From assembly GCF_004010195.1 (NCBI RefSeq), contig NC_057718.1:12380924-12431036 (forward strand): a stretch of DNA of 50,113 bases. Reading direction: 5' to 3'. How positions within the stretch are numbered: position 1 is the stretch's first letter; every line of letters begins with the position of its first letter. The position numbers and the translations under genes were made by a program. Source of the DNA: Chiloscyllium plagiosum. Its lineage: Eukaryota. The notes below the pieces were generated by a model. It was not told the DNA's origin. It saw only the letters and a program-made list of their open reading frames with translations, and made no database searches. Below are positions 36,241 through 48,758 of this stretch, piece after piece.

Positions 36241-37637
36241 CAATTCAGGCCTGATATAATACCACAGTGTTGCTAGCCATTTATAGTTGGGATACCTCTA
36301 AGATTTAGGTGTAACCAATGGAGTTCTTTGCTGTCAGAAACGCTGTCTTTCAATTAAACCAAATCTGTTATTTCTGGTGTACACACAAAGGCCCTTTTCC
36401 AAAAAAGAATGGATGAATTCTCCGTGCTGTCCAGGCCTGATTTATGTTGCATGACCACAACATCATTCTTAAAATCAAAATCATCTGGCCATCTATATAG
36501 TTGCTGTTTGTGGGATCATTCTGTGCACCTATTGACTGCATCATTTCCCACCTAGCAAGAGTGACTACCTGTGCTTCAAGGGAATTCATTGGGGCTGCGG
36601 AGCACTTTCAGGGGCCTTCAGGTTGTGCTTGGTGCTACATAAATGCAAATCTTTCACCTCTTTCTTTGGAGTGAAGTAACCCACTCACAGTACCTAATCT
36701 CACAAGCTCATAACTGCAGCTTTGATTCAAAGCCAAATGAAAGGAAATGTGTAAAAAGTAATTTTTAAGTTTTCAGGAGTTTTAATGCTCCCTGTTTCTA
36801 GGAATGGGGTGTTTGGGGTGCAGTGTGCATCATTGAAGGTGTTAAACAGAGCTGTCCTCCTCCACACCCAATTTCAAACAGTGCTGCTATAATTGTTGAT
36901 CAACCTGATTATATATTATGACGAAGATTTCCCTTTAATCAGGACAATGGGAATCGACCTCCTTTCAGACCTGCTGAACTCCTGAACAGCTACTCCCTCA
37001 GGCATTTTTAACTGTGTGCCAGAGTTGTTGCATCCATGTGGCTTTATTTGTTTAGTGTGTGCTACTACAGACATGATGGGACCTTTCTCATGACCCGCCA
37101 CTTCCTCATAGTAGCCACTTGCTGCTGCCAAATGAACAGACCTGAACTCTGCACCATGAATTAGGAAGCAGTAGGATTCCCATTGCTCTTGATTTATGAG
37201 GGATCAGAGCCCGGCGAAATCTAAAGGGAGCTTTGCCTTGCAATTTTTTATTGATAGGCAGCACAGCACAAGATGCCCTGTGCAGATATGACAACCTGTG
37301 CAGCTCATGGAAAAAAGTAACATTCTAATTTTTGTAATCTTCAGAGTTGCCTCTCTTATCTCCTAACAATTGGAAAGCAGTACACTATTTAAATGTAGAG
37401 AGAGATTGCAGAACTAAGTTGTACAGAGGGATCTGAGGGTCCTAGTAGCTGAAGCACATAATGTTAACATCCAGGTGATTAGAAGGACAATTGGAATTGG
37501 TTATTGCAAGGGGAATGGAATATAAAAGTAGGAAGTCTTACTTCAACTGTACAGGGCATTGGTGGGATCATATCTGAAATACTGTATATAGATTTATGGT
37601 CCATTGGTTCCCATCGTTAGCCACAAACAGTCCCTGT

Positions 37638-37963
37638 GGGGTGGCACGGTGGCTCAGTGGTTAGCACTGCTGCCTCACAGCACCAGGGACCCAGGTTCGA
37701 TCCCCAGCCTCGGGCGACTGTCTGTGTGGAGTTGGCACATTCTCCCCGTGTCTGCGTGGGTTTCCTCCGGGTGCTCTGGTTTCCTCCCACAGTCTAAAGA
37801 TGTGCAGGTCAGGTGAATTGGCCATGTTAAGTTGCCCATAGCGTTAGGGGCATTAGTCAGAGGGAAATGGGTCTGTAAGGGGGAGGGTTACTCTTTGGAG
37901 GGTCGGTGTGGACTTGCTGGGCCGAAGGGCCTGTTTCCACACTGTAGGGAATCTAATCCAATC
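37638..37963 (+). mobile_element. HE1-type V-SINE
   Basis: tRNA head TGGCTCAGTGG...GGTTCGATCCC, V-domain GTCTGTGTGGAGTT.GCACATTCTCCCCGTGTCTGCGTGGGTTTCCTCCGGGTGCTC, CR1-derived tail GGGCCGAAGGGCCTGTTTCC. Confidence 0.93.
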
Positions 37964-37964
37964 A

Positions 37965-38730
37965 TTAATAACTATTCACCCTTCTAGTCAGATCATTATC
38001 CACTCCTTTATCTGTCTAACTGTTCTTCTCTCCGTCCCCACCTATCATTTACTCCTTAGCCCCTCTCCCCATCCCATCTTCTGCATGCAAGCTGACATTT
38101 TCCTAGCTACCATCAGTTCTGAGGAAAGGTCACTCAACCTGAAATGTTAGCTCTGATCTTTGTCTACAGATGCTGCCAGACCTGTTGGGCGTTTCCAGAA
38201 ATTTCTGTTTTTGTCACAGTTTTGGTCTTGCTGTCTTATAATTGCTTTAAAATTAATTCAGAGAAGCTTCATTCAACTTAATTGTGGGATGAAGGACTTA
38301 GGAATAAAGGTAGAAAAAGCCCAGACGCTATCCAACAGAAAAAAATTGCTGGAATACTCAGGAGGTCTGGCAGCATCTGTAGGACGAAAGCAGAGTTAAT
38401 GTTTTCTCGAGTGCAGTAACTCTTCATCAGAACTGTTTTTGTTTCAGATCTCCAGCGATTCTTTGTTTTATTTCAGACTAAATCCAATGGAGTTTAGAAC
38501 AATGAAATAAAACAGATGCTGGAGATCTGAGCAAAAACAGAAATTGTGGGAGAAATTCAGCAGGTCTGGTAGCATCTGTGGAGAGAAAGCAAAGTTAATG
38601 TGTTTGGTCCTAACATCCTCCTGCAGAATTACTTCAGTTTCTTAAGAAGGGTCACTGGACTCGAAATGTTAGCTCTGTTTTCTCATCAAAGATGCTGTCA
38701 CACCTGCTAAGTTTCTCCAGAAATTTCTGC
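37965..38730. mobile_element. cluster of older PLE 3' ends (further subfamily) in alternating orientation, with hammerhead remnants
   Basis: AGTT-CTGAGGA-A-AGGT..ACCT-GAAA-TGTT-AGCT at 38115-38152 (+); AGTT-CTGATGA-A-GAGT..ACTC..AACT at 38394-38434 (-); another at 38636-38674 (+). Confidence 0.8.
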
Positions 38731-38734
38731 GTAG

Positions 38735-39125
38735 AAGAATAGAGGGTGATCTTATTGAAACACATCAGATCTTGAGGGGACAGCAGAGGATGGATGTTGA
38801 GAAGGTGTGTTCTCTTTTGAGAGAGAGACTCATACTAGTTTTAATAAGAATACAGGGCCTCCTTTTTATACTAGAGATGTGGAGAATATTTTTCTTTCAG
38901 GGTTAGTAAGGTGTGGATTTGTCTTCTCCAGAAGGTTGTGAAGGCTGGGTCTTAAAATTCATTCAAGGTGGAAGTAGTTAGATATTTGATAGATAAGGGC
39001 ATCAAAGGGAATTGGCGTGGGGTGTTCAACCAGAAAGTGGAGTTGAGACTGCAACCAGATCAATAATGATAAAATTGAAAGGCGGAGCAGGCTTGAAAGG
39101 CTGAATGGCCTATTTCTGCACTGTA
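38735..39125 (+). mobile_element. old CR1 3' fragment
   Basis: RRIEGDLIET-like motif and CR1 3' UTR. Confidence 0.7.
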
Positions 39126-40174
39126 GGGATTTTATAACGATAGACAACAGACACAGGAGCAATGGGCCAAACAACCTGCGACCCTCCATGCAGGAGCTAA
39201 GAGTAAATTGAGGGTGTGGAGGAGTGCACACATTTGGAAAGAACAGATAGGAAGTGTGGGACTCAGCAAAATTGAGGTTTCCTTTTGTGATGGGAGCAGA
39301 GGGGAAGGGGAGATGGTTGGAGGTTGAGGTGAATGATGCCTCACCGCGTCACAGTGGCACTGGTGATAATCCTTCACCATTTCGACAGTTTAGACATACC
39401 TAGGCTGAGCTACAATAAATCTTTAATCGCTTTACTGGCAAAAAAATGTAAGCAACACCAGTACCATTTAAACAATTCCCAGTGTGTGGTACGTCCTGCT
39501 CAGCTTTAAATGCCACTCTTTCTAAACAGTAACAGATGTTTTAGCGCAGAATCGGAACAGGGAGAAGTTTTCTCAATAGCAGATTAGAACATCTGTCAGA
39601 GATATTCCACAGGGCAAGTTAAATGCCAGAAATATCAGCTGTAGCTGTCAATCACCACACATACACACACTACGCATTAAAGCCCTGGTTTGCTGTGAGA
39701 CCAATATCTCCAAACACGCATTATTTGCCTTCTCTTGGATTCTGCCATAATTAAGGTTCAATAAAATAGATGGAGTTTTCAGTTTATCAGAGTTCTGATG
39801 GAGCGTCTGAACAACCACAAAATGTCAGCCCTTCTTTTTAATTCCTCTTTCCAGATGTTGTCGGGCGCATTGCATTTTCTCAGCCTCTTGTTTCTTGTTT
39901 TCACTGAGCTCTTTCAAAACCCTCGTATATCATTCTGAATTTCTTCCTGCTCTCAGTTGGTTGTTTAGATTTGTTGCCTTAAGGGTGACATGCTGTGCAC
40001 TATTTGCCCTGGCTGGAAAGCATTTATCTTTGCATGTGGCTCAGTTTAGCTTGAAAGCTTGCTTTAAGACTCATTGTACTTGCTAGATACAACATTCTAT
40101 TTGCCAGAAATGTTCATTGAGTCTCTATACAGGGACATTCAGGAGATGGAAACCCAGCGAGTGTGAGATATTAT

Positions 40175-40623
40175 AGACTCTACCAAACGTGTGAGTCGAA
40201 GCTAAGGGTCACAGATTGACCTTGCTGGTTTGAAACGAATGCTGCAGAGCAATGATATCTCTGAAATGAAATGGGTGTATATAAATCATCAACTGTCTGA
40301 TTGTTTTGCAAGGGGAAATATACACACACACAAAGATATTGTCAGGAGTGTTGGAGGAACGTTGCCTCACAATGTAAAGCTTTGTACAAATTTAATTTGT
40401 TTTGAAATTTTTGTTGCCCGTATCCACTCTAATTTTTATTTAACGAGATAACAGGGAATGTGTTAATTGCATGGTAATTGTATTTAATTGTGTGCAGGTG
40501 GTGGGCATGAAGTGGGGAATTGGTTGAGTTTCCAGAAATAGACAGGGACTAAAAGTGTGATTGTTTGGTTGGAAGGTCTCTGGTTGTAATATGTAACTCT
40601 GTGAGCAAATCTTTATAAAAACA
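40175..40623 (+). mobile_element. Ty1/Copia remnant: RNase H C-terminus, purine-rich tract and probable short 3' LTR (40461-40623)
   Basis: STKRVS...QIDLAGLKRMLQSNDISEMKWV...QLSDCFARG resembles the Copia (R)IDI...W...QLADxxTK motif. GAGATAACAGGGAA precedes TGTT...AACA. Confidence 0.7.
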
Positions 40624-40742
40624 TGTAAAATTGTTTCACTGGAGCAGGGAACGAGCAGGAGAATGGTACAATTGGATAGCTCTTTTAGAGAGCCATTATA
40701 GGGATGATGGGCCAAATGGCTTCTTTCAGGGTTTTTTTTACA

Positions 40743-41050
40743 TTAGATTACATTACAGTGTGGAAACAGGCCCTTCGGCCCAACAAGTCCACACCGACCC
40801 GCCGTAGCGTAACCAACCCATACCCCTACATTTTCCCCTTACCTAACACTACGGGCAATTTAGCAAGGCCAATTCACCTGACCTGCACATCTTTGGATTG
40901 TGGGAGGAAACCGGAGCACCCGGAAGAAACCCACGCAGACACGGGGAGAACGTGCAAACTCCACACAGTCAGTCGCCAGAGACGGGAATTGAACCCGGGT
41001 CTCTGGCGCTGCGAGGCAGCAGTGCTAACCACTGTGCCACCGTGCCGCCC
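40743..41050 (-). mobile_element. HE1-type V-SINE (young copy, CpGs retained)
   Basis: Reverse complement of the tRNA head, V-domain and CR1-like tail. Confidence 0.93.
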
Positions 41051-41351
41051 ACGTATATTGTATTGTATTACTTTAAAGTTTTAGTTGCTTGTTGAGCCAT
41101 TTTCTCCAATGTGTAATTCCTGGTATTGCACACCATGAGTTCTGAGAGTATGTAGCCTCTAATGCATTGTATTGAGGTTTTGATGAAATGAACTATTGGT
41201 ACTAATAGAGATTCATGGGTTCCAGAATGCACTGTGACATTGGCTTGAAAATGATTATTTCCCCTGAACCCTTTGGATCACCAGGATTGTGATCTGATGT
41301 GAGGCACCATTCTTTGCGGATTTATTTCACCACTTGTTTTACCAATGGGGG

Positions 41352-41637
41352 TAGAATCATAGAATCCCTACTGCATGGCACCAGGCCATTTGGCCCATCC
41401 AGTCCACACCTTCAAAGAGCATTCCACCCAGACCCAGCCCTCACACTATCCTTATAACCATGCAGTTATCATGTCTAATCCATCTCGCCTGCACACCTTT
41501 GGACTGTGGGAGGAAACCAGAACACCCAGAGGAAAACTGCACAGACATAGAGAGCATGTGCAAACTCCACACAGAGGCTGGAATCGAACCCAGGTCCCTG
41601 GCACTGTGAGGCAGCAGTGCTAACTACTGAGACACTG
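41352..41637 (-). mobile_element. HE1-type V-SINE (older copy)
   Basis: Same architecture as 40743-41050 but more diverged. Confidence 0.85.
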
Positions 41638-43654
41638 TTATGAAGGTTCAAGTGTTTAGTATGGTACTGGTGCTAGGTCCATGGCAAATTGTGAAGTTAA
41701 ATTCATTAAATGTCTGGAAATATTTGGCTTATACCAGGAAATTATCATGCAAATGTGTCCATTCATTCAGAGTTGGGAACCTCCCTTCCCCAGCCAGGTG
41801 TTTCAGACTTGACTCCAGTCCAAACCACAAAGTTATTATAATGATCCCTTGACTGCACATTCGATAAGTTTTTAAGAGTCATCAATTTGTATCTGTGTGA
41901 ATCACTAGGAAGGACCCTTCGACCTTCCCAGGTGAGTGAGGGATGGTGAATAAATGAACAACATTTCTGGCAGTTCAAATAAAGATTTGACAAGCTGGGG
42001 AATAATGGTGTGGCCCCATAAATTCTGAAACCACTGGCTGGATTTTCCACTTGTGGTTTAGACTCCCAAAATTGGGATCAAATCAGGCCTCACACAGTCG
42101 GTCAACATGATATTTTAGGATTGACCAATTAATAGCCAGAAGACATGCTTGTCACCCAATCAGAGGGCAGGATCCAGGCACTAGCAGACCAATAGGAGGC
42201 TGTCCTGCAGCTGTAAGGATGCAGCTTGCTATTGGAGATAAGTGAGTGAGTGAGGGAGTTCCTTAAGATGGAGTGCTGTGAAAAGATATAAAAGTAAAAG
42301 GGAGTCATGGCTTCTGGACTTTCTCTCTGGAACATTGCAGAACTGTCAGGGCAGGTAGTTCTCCTGTGTGTCCTGCCCCAATATTTATATCTCAAAGCAG
42401 GTTATGTGGTCACCATCATGTAGCAGTGGGATCGTGCTGTGCACAAATTTCCTACATGTCAGTTGTGAATACAGTTCAAAAATCTTTCATTGTTTGCAAA
42501 GCACTTTAGGAAGCCTTTTTATTTCTCTGTTTTAGTATTTTGACCAGGGCTTTTAAATTAATAAGAGATGAGAATCATGTAGATGTAAAGAAATCATTTA
42601 ACTCAGATTGTGATCTTATAGCAAAGGGATAAAATTAACATGTATTAACTGAGGAAAGAAGCTAGAAGTTTTTTTCCCCTCATAGATTAGCATGTGTGGC
42701 AGGCAGAATCAATGTTACATTATTGAATCTCAGAGAAGTATGTAATTTAGTAATTGGACTATTGTGGTGTGATGGTAGTAACTCTACCTTTAAGACAGGA
42801 GGCCTGGGTTCAAATCCCACTTGTTTCAGTGATCTGACATAACACTTATGGTACAGGTTGGTTAGAAAATATCTGGAAATTAGTCATGGAATGGATTAAA
42901 AATAAAAGTGGCACTCCATCACATTGAACCAATACTGTTGGCCAAGGAGTCAAGTTTAAGCTGTCAATTTTAATTTCAGACTGTTATCAGGGTTTGTGGA
43001 ATATTCCTCTCCATGCTGTGGTGAGAGTGAGTATGGTGACAAAAAAGGGCAAGGATGAAAATATCACATTCTCAACATTGAGACAAATTGTCCCAATTTT
43101 CCCTTCAAATTTTCAAATGGTGACTTCAGTATCTCAGCCCTAAGTGGCAACTACATGCATCTGCACCTCAATAAAGCTTGACTTGCCCTATTTATATCCT
43201 GTTTTCACTTCTCCCTTCCTGGTTGGTGCAATACTGGTCCAATTGTTAAATACTGTCGAGAGGGAACTTGAAGAATGTCTGTTGTGGCCATCCCTCCATC
43301 TGCTGAACAATGTTGATGCGCACTCCAGGGCCAGCATGCTCCTTGGTCCTTCATCCATTCAACCCAGACCTACCAGCCTCAACACATCATCATGCCTGCT
43401 CTTGGACCAACTCAGGCCACCAATGTTACTCTGGAGCTGACAGATACCCATGACTGGGAAACTTCTGCTGGGTTGCATTGCGTACGGCGATAGAGTGCTT
43501 TGGATGCATCTGCACAGGTTGCTTTTGTGCTGACATACACACACATGCATCTTATGGCTGTTATCTTGCTTGCTTAGCATACACTCCCTATAGAGCTTGC
43601 TTGGAGGCTGCCAGACTCTGTCCTGGATAACATTGTTTTGTTATTACACAGCCT

Positions 43655-43879
43655 GGATGTTAACTTTGCCTTCGCACAAGTTCAATACCTCAAGATCAAG
43701 TGGAAGACAGAGAGCAAGCAAAGCCCAAAACTAGAATTTCAGTCCAGATTTTGTGTTCAACATGCTGGAGCAGAACTTGAACCCAAAACCCTGCTTATTA
43801 CAAGCTACCCACTGAGTGACTTCTGATATCCCAGTTTCAAACCAGGATCCAGATGAGCTAGAACAACACCAGATTTGGG
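43655..43879 (+). repeat. direct repeat copy 1 (225 bp)
   Basis: Matches 44978-45188 except for 3 substitutions and a 14-bp indel. Confidence 0.95.
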
Positions 43880-44977
43880 GTTTTGTTTTAACCACTCAGT
43901 TACAACCTCCATGGTTTACCTGGCTTTTTAGCACAGAGGGACAGGCAGGCAGGTTGTGAGGGTAGAGAGCAGTGAACAGTCAATCTCTATCAATCAGCTG
44001 AAGATGGTTGGACCTAGGACACTATCCTGAGGAACTCCTGCAGAGATGTCCTGGACTTGAGATAACTGACTTCCAACAATCACAACCATCTTCCCATGTG
44101 CCAGGTTTGATGCCCAACCAGCGTAGAGTTTGTCCCCTGATACTCATTGATTCCAGTTTTCTTGAGACTCCTTGGTCAAACTCAGTTTTGACATCAAGGA
44201 CTGTCACTCTACCTCACCTTTGGAATTCAGCTCCACTTGCCCATGTTTGAACCAAGACTGTAATGAGATTCAGGAGCTTTCTCTTTCATAGAGAAGAAAA
44301 GGATTCTCAGTTTGTTCAAACTTCCAGTGAGTTCACAGAAAGATCTTGCATCGTAACCAAGTGCTGCCTCTAATAAATCTTATTGTAAGTGAACCATTGT
44401 GTGTCTGTTTTTAATCAACAAACTTTGAGGCAATTTAATTCATATTTCTGCAATAGCCCAGTAAAATAAAGCAACACTTAGTGTAAGCTGCCAAATAATG
44501 ATGCCTATTCTAACCATATTAATCATCATACTTATTCTGTATACTGACTCCCTGTTTAACAATGGTTTCCAAGATTTATAGTTAATTTTCCTACTGTACC
44601 AATTGCCATTCACAGTGACTCTATTGTAATCGCCAATATATAAACCATTAGCTAACAAAAGGACAGGCAGTTTAAACAATCTTCATCTTAAATGTCAATA
44701 TCAGACAGTAGTAACACATTTTGAAGTCCAACCCTCTTTGTTTGCATAGTGCGCTGGTTTTTTGGACTCAATAGCTATAGGCTGTCATGAGAAACAGCAA
44801 AACAATATTGGAGTCACTTGGCAGCTATAGTGAGAGTTTATCCTTGTAACTCAACAGGTCACCCTTCAATAAATAGAATTATTCTTCTTCATTAGTCAAC
44901 AAAAAATCATTTATTCTTGCCTAGTTCAACGTATCATATAGTGTCCAAACTGCTACTCCTTCTATTGAAGACAGGCA

Positions 44978-45188
44978 GGATGTTAACTTTCCCTTCGCAC
45001 AAGTTCAAGTGGAAGACAGGGAGCAAGCAAAGCCCAAAACTAGAATTTCAGTCCAGATTTTGTGTTCAACATGCTGGAGCAGAACTTGAACCCAAAACCC
45101 TGCTTATTACAAGCTACCCACTGAGTGACTTCTGATATCCCAGTTTCGAACCAGGATCCAGATGAGCTAGAACAACACCAGATTTGGG
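44978..45188 (+). repeat. direct repeat copy 2 (211 bp)
   Basis: Matches 43655-43879. Confidence 0.95.
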
Positions 45189-46764
45189 TTGAGGAAGGTC
45201 CCAGAACAGAATTGCTTTTTATTTCATTCACAGGATAGGAACTTCACTTGCTGAGCCAGCATTTGTTGGCTATCCTTAGATGTCTAAAGAGCAGTTGTGA
45301 GTCAACCACATTGCTATGGGTCTAGAGTCACATGTAGACCAGACTAGCTAAAGGGCATTTCTGAACAACATTTCACCAACACTGGTTTCATGGTCATCTT
45401 AATTCCAGATTTAGTTTTACAACATTAAATTCAAATATCACTCTATTGGGATTTGAACCCAGGCCCCAGAGCATTACCAGAGTGTCTCTGGATTAATAAT
45501 CTAGCACTAAGCCATCACTGCCCCCTCAATCAGAGCCAGATGAGCAATATCCCAGGACTGGAATCTGGAGGTGAAATGGTGTTGTGAACTTTCAGTGCTC
45601 TGTGGTTAAACTCATTTCTACTCGTTCTATTGATTGGTCTGATGAGTTGAGTGGTTTTTAATTGTCTGTTTATTAATTAAAGTAATAGAGCTGTGTATGG
45701 AATTATCTCATCTCCGGTCTATCGTCAGTCACAATGAGAGGGTGATATTGGGCTGAATCTTACCATTTTATTGCCCAAGTGCAAGTGGAGGGATTTTCAT
45801 CATGAGGCTGAGGGAATTTTCTTGCTGTTTCTTAGCAAAGTCATTGCTTTAATCTATGATTGAGCTCTCACAGTGAGAATCATTCTTTATTTCAGCCATA
45901 CCTTACCATTGTGATATCCATAGAGTACATTAACATGTTTCAAGTTTGTGGTCTGTAAGTAGTGTTTACATTGTGTCTCACCTTTCATGTGGTTATCCCT
46001 GTTCAACTGTGGCTGTAGATGCTTTATACCACCCTGTGGCATCATCAACAAGGTGTAGTTTCTGGGAGTCTGCAGTGATTTCCAGATACATCATGTGGGA
46101 GCAGGGGTAGCAATTTGTGTGCATGGCATTGGTTCACTCCGACCCCTCAGATTCACCTTCCCATCATTGCCTACTGTTCAGCTGGTTGAGTGTGTAGAAG
46201 TGAACTCCCCAGGAGTGACAGTGATAGTGACAATGACAGGGAGGTGTAACCAAGACATCAATACTGCAGAATGGTAGGAGGTTGGCACTTGGCATGCCCA
46301 TGTGGCCAATACCTTGAGTTCATGGAAAACATTGTTCTTCTGTGAAGACCCAATAAATGTTTGCAGATTCAGCACCCCATCTCCCGCAACAAGATGGCTC
46401 ATTCACCCCCATCCATTCTGAGTCCTTTCATGGCTGTATTCCCTAACATTGCACTCTGTCTATGTGCTTCACGGCTGGCATGACAGTGAATGGTCCTTGG
46501 AGTAGTTTTGAGTCTCAGTGTTAACATGTCATTGAGACCCCTACATCAGGCTCTCCTTCCTGAGTGCCTACTCCATTAACCCCACAGACCTCATATTTCC
46601 CCAGGTCATCACCTATGTTGTGTAAAGGTGCATACATCCACAGACCTGCAGCCAATCACCCTCGCCCACGGCCCCTCTTTGTCCTGAATTTCTGTGAATG
46701 GAGATGCTGGGAGAATCGTTGCCTACATCCTCAAGCAATCTGATCTGCCAATGCCCAGATACCA

Positions 46765-47240
46765 AGGTAGACAAGCAGGAGGCTGAAAGAACACAGCAAG
46801 CCAGGCAGCATCAGGAGGTGGAAAAGTCAACATTTCGGGTGTAACCCTTCTTCAGGATGAGAGTTGGTGTGAAGGGAGCTGCAGATAAAGAGGGTGGTGG
46901 GTGTCAGGGTGCTGAGGTGAGGATAGGTGAACACAGGTAGAGGGTACAACCTGGTTGGTCGATGGGAGGAATGAATCCAGTTCGTAGCTGGAAGGCAGTG
47001 TAAATGGGAAGAATGGAATGGAGGAGGAGGCGCTGGGAAGGAAGTCGGGGTTGGGATAGGAGGTTATTTGAAATTGGAGAACTCAGTGTTGAGTCCTCTG
47101 GGCTGTAGGCTGCCCAGGCGGAAGATGAGGTGTTGTCCTCCAATTTGCAGTTTGGTTTGTTGTGGCAATAGAGAAGGCCAAGGATGACCATTTTGGAAAG
47201 GGAGTGGGAAGAGGAATTAAAATGGATGGTGAATGGGAGG
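46765..47240 (-). mobile_element. PLE 3' end: GIY-YIG C-terminus, UTR, hammerhead (46825-46857) and terminal module
   Basis: ILGLLYC...KLE..HLIFRLGSLQPRGLNTEFSNFK* across a frameshift; TC-CTGAAGA-A-GGGT-TAC-ACCC-GAAA-TGTT-GACT. Confidence 0.88.
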
Positions 47241-47734
47241 TCAGGGATATCTGGCTAGGACACACACTTGACAGTGATCAACCCTGCATTGGTCTCTGTG
47301 GAGACTGACTGTGACTGCTCCCTGCAGCATAGAGACATGGTGTCCCATGTGCAAAACCACCCTGACAGGACTCCTGAGCATGACCAAAGGGAGATTGCCT
47401 TTGACTGACCACACTGGGTGGCCCTTCTTGTTGGGCCCCCCAATGGATGCCACTACAGATGACTCCCCTAAGAGTGCTTGGTGCAGATACCATGGGTTTG
47501 GTGCGACCACTGTGGCTGCGTTGAGCAGATGCTAGAGTGACATGGGCACGGTGATGCATGACAAGAGGTGTACACGCTTGACCAAGGATTGCTGCACAGC
47601 ATGGCCCCCTGCCCAGCTCTCTGAACATGCCAATCGCCAACACATGATAAGACATGGCAGAGCAATACAAAGTGAGCGTGCAGAAGGTCTACTTGTGGCA
47701 CCAACTGAATATTTCACAAAAATCACAGGAATAT

Positions 47735-48680
47735 TGTGATGCAGAAGGAGGCCATTCGACCTATTGTACCTGTACTGGCTCATTAAATGAGCATAATTAC
47801 GTGGTGCCAGACTCCAGCTTTTTTCACCTTAACCTTGTACATTAGTTTATCCCAAATATCATCCAATGTCCTCTTGAATGCCTCAATTGAACCTCCTCCA
47901 CATTTCCAGGCAATGCATTACATATACTAAGCCCTGACTGTGTGAGAAAGATCTCACATCACCTTGCTTCTTTTCCAGATCACTTTACATCTACGCCCTC
48001 GTATGAGCTGGAACAAATTTTCTCCATCTATTCCATCCAAACTGCTCATGATTTTGAAAACCTTCATCAGACCACCTCTTAGCCTTTTCTCCAATGAGAA
48101 CAGTCCCAACCTCTTCAATCAATCCTGCTAATTGAAGTTCTTCATCCCCGGAACCATTCTTGTAAACAGCTTCTGTATTCTCGCTAATGTGTTCATGTCC
48201 TTCCTGTAACATGCCCCCCCACCCCCATAATTTGCCCACAGTATCCTAGCTGTGGTCTAACAAGTGTCTTGTACACGTTCAACGTCACTTCCTTTCTCTT
48301 GGACTCAATGCCTGTATGGATAGAACTGAGGATGCTGTATTTCCTGCTCTCGCTACCTGCTCTGCCACTTTCAATGATCTCAAGTACACTGGAGTCCATA
48401 AGATCAGAAGAAGTAGGAACAGGAGTAGGCCATTAGCTCCCTCAAGCCTGCTCTGCCATTCAATGTGATTATGGCTGATCTGACATCCCTCACATCCACT
48501 TTTCTGCATTTTCCCTGTAACTCTTATCAACAATCTATCTATCTCAGCCTTGAATATCCACAAGGACTCTGGCCCAACAGCTCCCTGTGGTGGGGAGTCC
48601 CAAAGATTCATCACCTCCTGAGGGAAGAAATTCCTCCCCATCTCAGTCTTCAGTTGATGCCCCTTAATTCATAAACCATG
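47735..48680 (-). mobile_element. two adjacent CR1 3' fragments (47735-48390 and 48397-48680)
   Basis: GIESKRKEVTLNVYKTLVRPQLGYC; RNFFPQEVMNLWDSPP...IFKAEIDRLL. Confidence 0.85.
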
Positions 48681-48758
48681 CTCTCCTTCAAACTGACTTA
48701 CAATTGTACCCCCTACACTTGGACAGCAAAGTAGACAGCCTGGTAAAAGCCATGTCAT

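Noticed and set aside
37638..37710. tRNA-like sequences at SINE heads as tRNA genes
   Set aside because: They continue directly into the V-domain and LINE tail, so they are SINE promoters.
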